A stretch of DNA of 64,000 bases from contig JBBRYK010000006.1 in assembly GCA_038237665.1 (NCBI GenBank), positions 4,907 to 68,906 on the forward strand. Reading direction: 5' to 3'. This document shows positions 34,827 through 44,762 of the stretch, piece after piece. Source of the DNA: Gaiellales bacterium (GTDB lineage Bacteria > Actinomycetota > Thermoleophilia > Gaiellales > Gaiellaceae). The translations under genes and the position numbers were made by a program. The notes beneath the pieces were generated by a model. The model was not told where the DNA came from, searched no databases, and saw only the letters and a program-made list of their open reading frames with translations. Positions within the stretch are counted from its first letter, which is position 1, and each line of letters opens with the position of its first letter.

Positions 34827-35624
34827 TTAGGCCGCGCCGAAGGCCGCGATCACGTAGAACGAGGCGACCGAGGCGAAAAGCAGCGAGTCGATTCGGTCGA
34901 GCACGCCCCCGTGCCCGGCGAGCAGCCGGCCCGTGTCCTTGACGTCCATCTCCCGCTTCAACGCCGACTCGAACAGATCTCCCACCGGCCCGACGCACGC
35001 AATCACCCCTCCGAGGACGAGCGAGCGCCAACCGTCGGCGAAACCGGTCTTGTAGAGCGCTATCCAGGCCGCGAACACGGCTGCGACCGAGCCGACGAGG
35101 AATCCCTCCCAGGTCTTGCCGGGAGAGATCGTCGGCGCCATCCGCCGCCGTCCGACCATCCGGCCGCCGAGGTACGCCGCGGTGTCCGACGCGAACACGG
35201 CAATCAGGACGGCGAAGACCGCAAGCCGGCCGTGTTCGGCGATCCGCCGGAGCAGCAGTACATGGGCAAGCCCGAAGCCGACCCAGGCCGTGCCGAGAAC
35301 GGTGATCGCGACGCTCACCGCAACGGGCGCGCGCGTGTCTCCGAAGCCCTTCAGCACGAAGGCGATCGGCAGGGTGGCGAGGAAGCCGGCGGCCATCCAG
35401 GCCGGGCCACCGCGGCTCGCCCCCAGCAGGGTCAGCAGCATGCCGGCGTACGCGGCCAGGACGACCGGCCGCATCGGGCGCATCAACGCGCAGAATTCGT
35501 GCAGCGCCACGACGCCGGCGGCGGCAGTCAGCGCCAGCAGCCACCAGCCGCCCGCCCAGGCGAGGCCGAGTACCACGGGAAGGCCGACCGCGGTCACCGC
35601 CAGCCGCGACCAGAACGAGGTCAT
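34827..35624 (-). CDS. cdsA: phosphatidate cytidylyltransferase
   Basis: 265 aa, multi-TM, signature SPGKTWEG...GDLFES..KR..DVKD...GHGG.LDR.DS. Confidence 0.9.
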   Translation of the reverse strand: MTSFWSRLAVTAVGLPVVLGLAWAGGWWLLALTAAAGVVALHEFCALMRPMRPVVLAAYAGMLLTLLGASRGGPAWMAAGFLATLPIAFVLKGFGDTRAPVAVSVAITVLGTAWVGFGLAHVLLLRRIAEHGRLAVFAVLIAVFASDTAAYLGGRMVGRRRMAPTISPGKTWEGFLVGSVAAVFAAWIALYKTGFADGWRSLVLGGVIACVGPVGDLFESALKREMDVKDTGRLLAGHGGVLDRIDSLLFASVASFYVIAAFGAA

Positions 35625-36295
35625 CGGCCTCCGAACCGCCGCCGCCGCCCCGCATAGGCCTCGAGAGCCTCGCGCAGCTGGTCGCCTCCGAAGTCGGGCC
35701 AGAGCGTGTCGACGAAAACGAGCTCCGAGTACGCGATCTGCCAGAGCAGGAAGTTCGAGATGCGCAACTCACCCGACGTGCGGATAACGAGGTCGGGGTC
35801 GGGCAGGTCAGGCGCGTCGAGGTGCTCGGCGAACCGTTCCTCATCGATCTCGTCCGGCGAAATCCCCGACTCGACGAGCGCGCGCGCAGCTTCGACGAGC
35901 TCCGCACGGCCGCCGTAGTCGAAGGCGATCCAGAGGTCGAGCTTGTCCTTGGCTGCCGTTCCCGCCTCCATCGCGGCCATCTTCTCCTGCAGCTCGAGGG
36001 GGGCGCGGTCGCGGCGTCCGAAGAATCGCGTGCGGACGCCCTTCACCGCGAGTTCCGGCAGCTCGCGGTCGATCGTCTCGCCGAAGATCACCATCAGCTC
36101 CTCGACCTCTTCGGGCGGGCGCGTCCAGTTCTCGGTCGAGAAGGCGTACACGGCGATCGACTTGACGCCGAGGTCCAGCGCGGCCTCGACGACGCGGTGC
36201 ACCGCCCGGGCACCCTCGCGGTGGCCCTCGGCGATCGACAGCCCACGCCCGCGGGCCCAGCGGGCGTTGCCGTCCATGATGATGGCGATGTTCAC
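35621..36295 (-). CDS. uppS: undecaprenyl diphosphate synthase
   Basis: IAIIMDGNARWA, FSTENW.RP and RTSGE.R.SNFLLWQ motifs. ATGA overlap with the cdsA start. Confidence 0.9.
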   Translation of the reverse strand: MNIAIIMDGNARWARGRGLSIAEGHREGARAVHRVVEAALDLGVKSIAVYAFSTENWTRPPEEVEELMVIFGETIDRELPELAVKGVRTRFFGRRDRAPLELQEKMAAMEAGTAAKDKLDLWIAFDYGGRAELVEAARALVESGISPDEIDEERFAEHLDAPDLPDPDLVIRTSGELRISNFLLWQIAYSELVFVDTLWPDFGGDQLREALEAYAGRRRRFGGR

Positions 36296-36316
36296 GATCG
36301 CTGCCCGGGGCCGCGA

Positions 36317-38484
<2,168 letters not shown>

Positions 38485-38485
<1 letters not shown>

Positions 38486-39417
38486 CAGGCCTCCTCGGTT
38501 TCGGCGGGCTCGGCTGCGGCCTCGGCTGCGGCCGGCTCTGGCGTTGTGCGCTCAGGCATCGTCGGCTCAGGCCCCGCCGCCGGCTCGGTCTCCGCCGCCG
38601 CCGGCTCGGGCTGCGCGGGCTCCACGGCCCGTGCCTCGGCCGGTTCTTTCGGGGTCGCCTCGGCTGGCGGCTCGGCCTGCTCCTCCTGGTCCGCGTCGCC
38701 GTTCGTGCTCGCCGGTGCGAAGTCCGCGACGGTCGCCTTCGAGCTGCCTGCCGCGATCCCGTCCGCGATCGCGCGGACGATCAGGCTGCAGGAGCGAATC
38801 GCGTCGTCGTTGCCCGGAATGACGTAGTCGGCCTCGTCGGGATCGCAATTCGTGTCGACGAGGGCGATCACCGGCAGGCCCAGGCGGCGCGCCTCGCGGA
38901 CGGCGAGCTGCTCCTTGCGCAGGTCGAGGATGAAGACCGCATCGGGCTGGCGCCGCATGTCGGCGACACCGCCGAGGTTGGCCTCGAGCTTCTCGAGCTG
39001 GGCGAGCATGGCAAGCCGCTCCTTGGCGGGCAGGAGCTCGAGCTGGCCTTCCTCATTCAGCCGCCTCAGCTCGTGGAGGCGCTCGATCCGGTCGGAGATG
39101 GTGCGCCAGTTCGTCAGCAGGCCGCCGAGCCAGCGATGGTTGACGAACGGCATGCCCACGCGGGTCGCCTGGTCTCGGACGGCGTCCTGCGCCTGCTTCT
39201 TGGTGCCGACGAAGAGAATCGATCCGCCCCGCTCGGCCAGGTTGCGGGCGAAGCTGTGAGCCTCCTCCAGCAACTCCAGCGTCTGGCGGAGGTCGATGAT
39301 GTAGATGCCGCCGCGCTCGGAGAAGATGAACCGCTTCATCTTCGGGTTCCAGCGGCGGGTCTGATGGCCGAAGTGAACCCCGGCCTCGAGGAGCTCTCGC
39401 ATGGAGACGACGGACAC
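38485..39417 (-). CDS. rpsB: 30S ribosomal protein S2 with an acidic Pro/Ala/Glu-rich C-terminal tail
   Basis: GTG start giving [27 protein letters not shown]. The ~75-aa low-complexity tail ([15 protein letters not shown]...) is encoded by repetitive GC-rich DNA. Confidence 0.95.
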
Positions 39418-39585
39418 GGGTGTGAAACCCCCTTCTGGTTGGGAACCGCTGCACCGGCGGGGCTCGGGCGGACCGGCATCCGTCAGGTGCCGGCACCCCC
39501 GCCCGGGGAAACCGCCGGGGTAGAAAACAAAGGCCGGAGCATCGTAGCAACGGCCTCGATCCAGCCCCCGGCCATGGCCAGGCAA

Positions 39586-39751
39586 GACACGTCCGAGGGA
39601 CTGTCCATGGGACACGTCGCCCGCGGACATGTCAGGGGCCAGACCCCGGCCGTGTCCGAAGTGGACCGACGCCGCGCAACCATGCGCCTCTCGGTCCGAA
39701 ACGGGCACGTCGGGGGTCTGGCCCCTGGCATGTCCCGAGGAGACACGTCCC
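39586..39751. repeat. ~166-nt palindromic (REP/MITE-like) intergenic element
   Basis: Two ~60-nt arms (39609-39668 and 39692-39751) in inverted orientation, 46/60 identical by hand alignment, around a 23-nt spacer. The arms contain a GGGGCCAGACCCC core flanked by G(A/G)CA(C/T)GTC octamers. Confidence 0.6.
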
Positions 39752-39772
39752 GGAGATGGTCGGTCGCGTCGT

Positions 39773-40654
39773 TCAGGCGCGAGCTCGGTCGAGCGCCGCC
39801 TCCAGCTCTGCCGGCAGCGGCGACTCGACTTCCAGCCGCTCGCCGCTGAACGGATGGTCGAACCCGAGGCGCGTGGCGTGCAGGAACTGGCGCGCCAGGC
39901 CGTCCTCCGTGACCCCGTAGACGCGGTCGCCGGCGACCGGCAGGCCGACCGCGGCCAGGTGCACGCGGATCTGGTGCATCCGCCCCGTTTCGAGCCGCAC
40001 CCTGAGCAGCGCGTGCCGCGGCAGGAGCTCGAGCACCTCGAAGTGGGTGACCGCGTCGCGGGGCGAGTCGCTGTCGAGCGACTGCCGCGTGGGCTCCGAG
40101 CGATCGCGCCCGATGGGCGCCTCGATCCGCCCTTTCCACGACTGGGGCTTGCCGCGTACGAGCGCGAGGTAGCGACGATCGATCGCTCTCCGCCGGACGA
40201 GGCCCTGGAGTCGCCGGTGCGCCTCCTCGCTTCGCGCCACCACCATCAATCCGGACGTATCCCGATCGAGCCGGTGCACGATTCCGGGCCGTTCCGGGTC
40301 CTCGCCCCCGGCGGCGCCGTGGGCTCCGAGCGCCTGTACGAGCGTGCCCGACGCCCGCCCGGCGCCCGGGTGGACGACGAGCCCGGCAGGCTTGTCGACG
40401 ACGAGCAGGTGCTCGTCCTCGTAGGCGATGGCCACGTCGGGAACGGGCGTTTCGGCTCGGGAGGCATCGGCGGGCACGGCCACCTCGACGACCTCGCCGC
40501 CCTCGAGCCGGTGGCTCTTGCCGCGCGCCACTCCGTCGACCGTGACCCGCCCCGCGGCCACCAGGCGCTCCGCCTCTGCACGCGAGCCGACCGAGGGGAG
40601 GCCGGCGACGAAGCGATCGAGCCGCTCCCCCGCCGCCTCGGGCGGAACCGTCAG
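39773..40654 (-). CDS. rluD: RluA-family 23S rRNA pseudouridine synthase (RluD-like)
   Basis: Catalytic HRLDRDTSG and a C-terminal MHQIRVH. The S4 domain ([32 protein letters not shown]) starts upstream of the first canonical start (GTG 40561). I therefore extend the gene to CTG at 40652-40654, overlapping the lspA stop. Confidence 0.8.
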   Translation of the reverse strand: MTVPPEAAGERLDRFVAGLPSVGSRAEAERLVAAGRVTVDGVARGKSHRLEGGEVVEVAVPADASRAETPVPDVAIAYEDEHLLVVDKPAGLVVHPGAGRASGTLVQALGAHGAAGGEDPERPGIVHRLDRDTSGLMVVARSEEAHRRLQGLVRRRAIDRRYLALVRGKPQSWKGRIEAPIGRDRSEPTRQSLDSDSPRDAVTHFEVLELLPRHALLRVRLETGRMHQIRVHLAAVGLPVAGDRVYGVTEDGLARQFLHATRLGFDHPFSGERLEVESPLPAELEAALDRARA

Positions 40655-41238
40655 ACCGGTCGCCAGGAGCGCCAGGGCCGCCTGCCCGGGCGCGGCTCAC
40701 GGTCGGCGGCCGCGAGCGCGAGCAGCAAGATCGCGACGCCGATGACGATGAAACTGTCGGCGAGATTGAACGCGGGCCAGTAGCGGAAGTCGAGGAAGTC
40801 TGTGACGTGGCCGAGCCGGATCCGGTCGATCAGGTTCGACATGCTTCCGCCGATCAGCAGGCCGAGCGCCGTCGGCAGGATCGGATGCCGCGCGCCGGAG
40901 CGCGCGAAGAACAGCAGCATCCACCCGACCGCTACCGCAGTTAGTGCCGTTACGATCACCGTCGCGCTCGCAAAGAGCCCGAACGCGATTCCCGAGTTCT
41001 CCACATGGTGAATCGAGAATGGCCCGAGCACGTGAACCTGCTCGTTGAGCGCGAGCGTCCCGGTGACGAGCTGCTTGGTCAGCTGGTCGGCGAGGAGCGC
41101 CGCGACGGCGATCGTCCCGAGCGCAAGCCACTGCGCCGTCCTTGCGCCGAGCGACCGCTCCGCCGCAGAGATCGGCGCCAGGCCGTTCGTGTTCGACCCG
41201 AAGCGAACCTCGACTGCCTTTCGGGCCGGCTCGGTCAG
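40651..41238 (-). CDS. lspA: lipoprotein signal peptidase II
   Basis: DQLTK, NSGIAFG, IGGSMSNLIDR and FNLADS motifs. The start is tentatively CTG 41236-41238 (CTGA overlap). The only canonical alternative is GTG 41334, which overlaps the upstream gene by 100 nt. Confidence 0.75.
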   Translation of the reverse strand: MTEPARKAVEVRFGSNTNGLAPISAAERSLGARTAQWLALGTIAVAALLADQLTKQLVTGTLALNEQVHVLGPFSIHHVENSGIAFGLFASATVIVTALTAVAVGWMLLFFARSGARHPILPTALGLLIGGSMSNLIDRIRLGHVTDFLDFRYWPAFNLADSFIVIGVAILLLALAAADREPRPGRRPWRSWRPV

Positions 41239-41600
41239 CCTCGTTCGTCCTTCCGCTTGTCGTCGATGCACAGCGTGGCGTACGGAAGGGCGCGAAGCCG
41301 CTCCTGGGCGATCGGTTGACCGCAGCGCTGGCACCGGCCGTACGTCCCGTCCTCGATGCGGGCAAGCGCCGCGTCGACCGCGGCCAGCAGCTCCTCCTCG
41401 TTCTCCTCGAGCGTGTAGTCGATCTCGCGGTCGAGGGTCACGGACGCGGTCTCGGCGAGGTGGTTGTCGACGGACACCTCGCTGGTCTCGTCCCTCATCG
41501 AGCCCGGGTTCTCGCGGTGGAGGTACTCGATTGCCGCCACCACCGCGGCGCGCTGCTCCTCGAGCAGCTTCCGGAACTCGCTCGTGTCGAGTGCGGTCAC
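41235..41600 (-). CDS. DksA/TraR-family C4-type zinc-finger protein
   Basis: 121 aa: acidic coiled-coil N-terminus, then GTYGRCQRCGQPIAQERLRALPYATLCIDDK. Confidence 0.8.
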   Translation of the reverse strand: MTALDTSEFRKLLEEQRAAVVAAIEYLHRENPGSMRDETSEVSVDNHLAETASVTLDREIDYTLEENEEELLAAVDAALARIEDGTYGRCQRCGQPIAQERLRALPYATLCIDDKRKDERG

Positions 41601-41875
41601 GACTGCGCTCCGAGCCGCCGCTCGGCTTCGTCGGCGTCGAGCCCGTCGAGCGCGACGACCTTGTCGCGCGCGCTGTGGCCCGAGACGAGAGTGACGTTCC
41701 TGCGTGGGATCTCCAGCGTCTCGGCGAGCAGCCGAAGCACTGCCTCGTTGGCGCGGCCGCCCTCAGGCGGAGCGGCGACGCGAATCTTCCAGGCGCCGCC
41801 GTGTGGGCCCACCAACTCGGAGCGGCGGGCTCCGGGCGAGACCCTCAGGCGCAGCGTGGTCGCCGGCTCAGCCAC
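41597..41875 (-). CDS. DUF167 (YggU-like) protein
   Basis: 92 aa: LRLRVSPGARRSELVG...WKIRVAAPPEGGRANEAVLRLLAE.L....V.LVSG.S.R.K. Confidence 0.8.
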   Translation of the reverse strand: MAEPATTLRLRVSPGARRSELVGPHGGAWKIRVAAPPEGGRANEAVLRLLAETLEIPRRNVTLVSGHSARDKVVALDGLDADEAERRLGAQS

Positions 41876-41895
41876 GCTCCCAGTATAGGTCTGGG

Positions 41896-42333
41896 CTACG
41901 CAGCCTCTGCGCGGCCGGCTCCCCCGTTTGCGTCCTCGACCGCCTCGAGCGCCGCGCCCAGCAGGGCCTTGATCCGGCGGATCTCCGCGCCCAGCCGTTC
42001 GCGCTCCGCCGCAGCGTGGCGGACGACCTCGCGAGCTTCGGCATGCGCCTCGGAGAGGATCAGGTCCGATTCGCGCCGGGCCTTGTCTTTGAGGTCGTGC
42101 GCGGCGCTCTCGGCGGACGTCAGCGTCGTCCGCAGCAGCGTCTCGAGGTCGCGGTGGCGGATCAGCTCACCCTCCAGGTGCTCCACCTTGTCGGCCAGGT
42201 CCGCCCGTTCACGCCAGACGATCTCGTAGCTGTCGGCGATGTCTGTGAGCAGTTCGTCGACGGGAACCCTCCGGTAGCCGAACAGGCCCCGCTTCAGTCG
42301 TACGTGTCTGATCTCTACGGGTGTGTAGGACAT
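41896..42333 (-). CDS. divIVA: DivIVA-domain cell-division protein
   Basis: 145 aa from MSYTPVEIRHVRLKRGLFGYRRVPVDELL, with SD AAGGAGGGGAG upstream. Coiled-coil C-terminus. Confidence 0.85.
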   Translation of the reverse strand: MSYTPVEIRHVRLKRGLFGYRRVPVDELLTDIADSYEIVWRERADLADKVEHLEGELIRHRDLETLLRTTLTSAESAAHDLKDKARRESDLILSEAHAEAREVVRHAAAERERLGAEIRRIKALLGAALEAVEDANGGAGRAEAA

Positions 42334-42343
42334 CTCCCCTCCT

Positions 42344-42661
42344 TCAGTGGAGCCGGCTGAGCACGTTGTCGATGACCGCCTCGAGGACGATGAGCAAGAT
42401 GACTGCCACCATCGGTGACAGGTCGATCGCGCCGAGAGGCGGCAGGAAACGCCGGAAGAGGCGCAGATACGGGTCACAGACGTCGGACAGAAACTGTCTG
42501 ATCCGGTGCAGCCAGGGCCGATAGGGCAGCTGGAACCAGGACAGCAGGATGTGAATGAAGATCAGGAGGACGTAGACGTAGATGAACACGCGGACGAAGT
42601 TCTGGATCGACGAGATCGCGTCCGCGAGTAGACCGAAGTAGGCGCCTAACGCCACCAGCAC
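42344..42661 (-). CDS. YggT-family membrane protein
   Basis: About 105 aa from GTG; FVRVFIYVYVLLIFIHILLSW...DLSPMVAVILL pattern. Position after sepF is typical. Confidence 0.8.
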   Translation of the reverse strand: MLVALGAYFGLLADAISSIQNFVRVFIYVYVLLIFIHILLSWFQLPYRPWLHRIRQFLSDVCDPYLRLFRRFLPPLGAIDLSPMVAVILLIVLEAVIDNVLSRLH

Positions 42662-42695
42662 AGTTTCGCGTCCCGGCGCGACGTTCCTGTCGCGA

Positions 42696-43247
42696 TCAGG
42701 CCTGGTTGAAGAACCCGCCGCGCTCCAGCAGGCGCGCGCGTTCCTCAGCAGACACTTCGACGTTCCGCGGGGTGAGCAGGAAGACCTTGTCGGCGACGCG
42801 CTGCATCCCGCCGTCCAGGGCATAGGTCAGGCCGCTGGTGAAGTCGATCAGGCGCTTCGAGAGCTCCTGGTCGGTGCTCTGGAGGTTGAGGATGACCGGA
42901 ATGGCGTCCTTGAACTTGTCCGCGATCTGCTGGGCGTCGTTGAAGCTCCTCGGAACGACGAGATGGACGCGCACTGACGCCGGGTTCGGAATCCCCTCCA
43001 AGCGCGCGCGCGGCGCGGACCGCAGCGCGCGCGGCGGGGGCTGCGCGGGGGCTGCTTCCTCCGATTCGGTCCAATCGTCGAACTCCGCACCGCGGCGACG
43101 CGCCGAGAGCCGGCGGACGTTCGGCCTCTCGCTGTACGTCCGCTCGAGCTCCTCGTTCGTGTAGTAGCCGTCCTCGTCCCAGTCCTCTTCCTCTTCGGCG
43201 ATCCCGAAGTAGACGAGCGTCCGGTTCCAAAGGTCACCCATGCCCAC
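42696..43247 (-). CDS. sepF: cell-division protein SepF
   Basis: 183 aa: WNRTLVYFG N-terminus and the C-terminal domain V..P.SFNDAQQIADKFKDAIPVILNL. Confidence 0.9.
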   Translation of the reverse strand: MGMGDLWNRTLVYFGIAEEEEDWDEDGYYTNEELERTYSERPNVRRLSARRRGAEFDDWTESEEAAPAQPPPRALRSAPRARLEGIPNPASVRVHLVVPRSFNDAQQIADKFKDAIPVILNLQSTDQELSKRLIDFTSGLTYALDGGMQRVADKVFLLTPRNVEVSAEERARLLERGGFFNQA

Positions 43248-43259
43248 GACCGGAGAATG

Positions 43260-43859
43260 TTAGCTCCGCCACAGGGCGGATCCCACCCGCACGTACGTCG
43301 CGCCCTCCTCCGCAGCGACACGATAGTCCTGCGTCGTGCCCATCGAGAGCTCGGCGAGGCCGTGTTGCCCGGCCAGCTCACGCAAACGCCGGAAATACGG
43401 CCGGGAGGACTCGGGATCCTCGGCGAACGGCGGCATGGTCGAGAGCCCTCGGACCTCGCGGGCCACCGCCAGGAGCGCACCCAGGCTCTCCGGGGCCACA
43501 CCCGATTTCGTCTCCTCGCCCGCCAGGTTCACCTGGATCAGGGCCGGTATCTCCAGCCGCTCGGCAGCCGACTCGGAGTCGAGCGAATGCACGAGCTCGC
43601 AGATCCGGCCAACGGTCTTCGCCTTGCGGCTCTGCAGATGTCCGATGAAATGCCAGCGGAAGGCGTTGCCGTACTCGGCGTGCTTTTGCTCGAGATCCTG
43701 CGCACGGTTCTCGCCCACGACCTCCACCCCGGCCTCGGCCAGCGCGGCCATGTCCTCGACGGACACGTACTTTGTGGCGGCGACAACCGTCACGTTCGGG
43801 CCGACCTCGGCTTGAAGACGCTCGTACCGGGCCCGGATCTCGTCAGGCGATAGCGGCAA
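43260..43859 (-). CDS. YggS-family pyridoxal-phosphate homeostasis protein
   Basis: VVAATKYVS (PLP Lys), VGENRAQDL, HFIGHLQSRK and SMGTTQDY motifs. TTG start is tentative and overlaps the pgeF end by 17 nt. Confidence 0.8.
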   Translation of the reverse strand: MPLSPDEIRARYERLQAEVGPNVTVVAATKYVSVEDMAALAEAGVEVVGENRAQDLEQKHAEYGNAFRWHFIGHLQSRKAKTVGRICELVHSLDSESAAERLEIPALIQVNLAGEETKSGVAPESLGALLAVAREVRGLSTMPPFAEDPESSRPYFRRLRELAGQHGLAELSMGTTQDYRVAAEEGATYVRVGSALWRS

Positions 43860-44550
43860 TGACTCCCTGACGGCCGGTGCGGGCTTTGTCGCGCCGGTGC
43901 GAGAAGAAGCGGTCGCGGTCGCAGGCGGTGCAGGCCTCAACGTGGTCGATCTGCTCCACGCCGGCCTCGCGGAGGAGCAGCTCGGCGGCCGCCCGCAGGT
44001 CGACATGCGCGTTTGCGACGACGCGCGCGCCGAACCGCTCCCGGTACGGAGAGCGCACCTCCTCGCCGACCTCGTAGCAGCAAGGGCCGATGCCGGGCCC
44101 AATCGCGGCAGCGACCCGACCGCCGACCGCCCGTACACCGGCCTCGACGATTCCTTCCAGCAGGCCGATCCTGCCTGCGTGGAGGACGGCGACGCACGGC
44201 GCGCCCTCGACGCGCACGAGGGCGATCGGCAGGCAATCGGCCCCGAGCGCGAGCAGTGGCACCTCGGCTTCCTCGGTGCAGAGCCCGTCGCCCTCGGCGC
44301 CGCGCACCCCGGCCACTGCGCGGTTCACCGTTGCGCCGTGCACCTGGCGATTCATCGCCAGCCTGCGTGCGTCGGCGCCGAGCTCGGTGCACACCAAGCG
44401 CCGATTCTCCTCGACGCGTTCCGGCTCGTCGGCCGTCAACAAGCCGAGATTGAGCGAGTCGTACGGGCCGGTGCTGACGCCCCCGAGGCGGGTCGAGAAC
44501 GCGACCCGGTACGGGCCCGGCGCCTCCCAGCGGAGCAGCTCGATACTCAT
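43843..44550 (-). CDS. pgeF: peptidoglycan editing factor PgeF (YfiH/DUF152 laccase-domain protein)
   Basis: 235 aa: FSTRLGGVS..PYDSLNLG, QVHG, ADC.P and HAGR.G motifs. Confidence 0.85.
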   Translation of the reverse strand: MSIELLRWEAPGPYRVAFSTRLGGVSTGPYDSLNLGLLTADEPERVEENRRLVCTELGADARRLAMNRQVHGATVNRAVAGVRGAEGDGLCTEEAEVPLLALGADCLPIALVRVEGAPCVAVLHAGRIGLLEGIVEAGVRAVGGRVAAAIGPGIGPCCYEVGEEVRSPYRERFGARVVANAHVDLRAAAELLLREAGVEQIDHVEACTACDRDRFFSHRRDKARTGRQGVIAAIA

Positions 44551-44762
44551 CTGCGCCTCGCGAAGATCCAGAGAAAGAACCCCTCGACACCGTGCTCGAG
44601 CTGCGGGAGGAGCTCGTGCTGCTCGAGGAGGAAGCCGGCCTCTCCGACCATGCGCAAGCTCGTCTCGGCGTCGAAATGACTCATGTACATCGGCGCGCCG
44701 AGCCAGTCCTCCTCGACCTGGCAGGCGATCGCGTCATAGCCCGGCTCGACGAGCTCGCTCAC
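44547..44762 (-). CDS. 71-aa ORF resembling the C-terminal end of a class I SAM-dependent methyltransferase (possible remnant)
   Basis: VSELVEPGYDAIACQVEEDWLGAPMYMSHFDAETSLRMVGEAGFLLEQH...FFLWIFARRR. GTGA overlap upstream and ATGA overlap downstream. No SAM-binding N-terminal half is present. Confidence 0.35.
   Translation of the reverse strand: MSELVEPGYDAIACQVEEDWLGAPMYMSHFDAETSLRMVGEAGFLLEQHELLPQLEHGVEGFFLWIFARRR

Noticed and set aside
41239-41334. Canonical GTG start for lspA at 41334.
   Set aside because: It would overlap the zinc-finger gene by 100 nt and add an Arg-rich peptide typical of off-frame translation. It is not excluded, so the CTG call for lspA is weaker than those for pobA and rluD.
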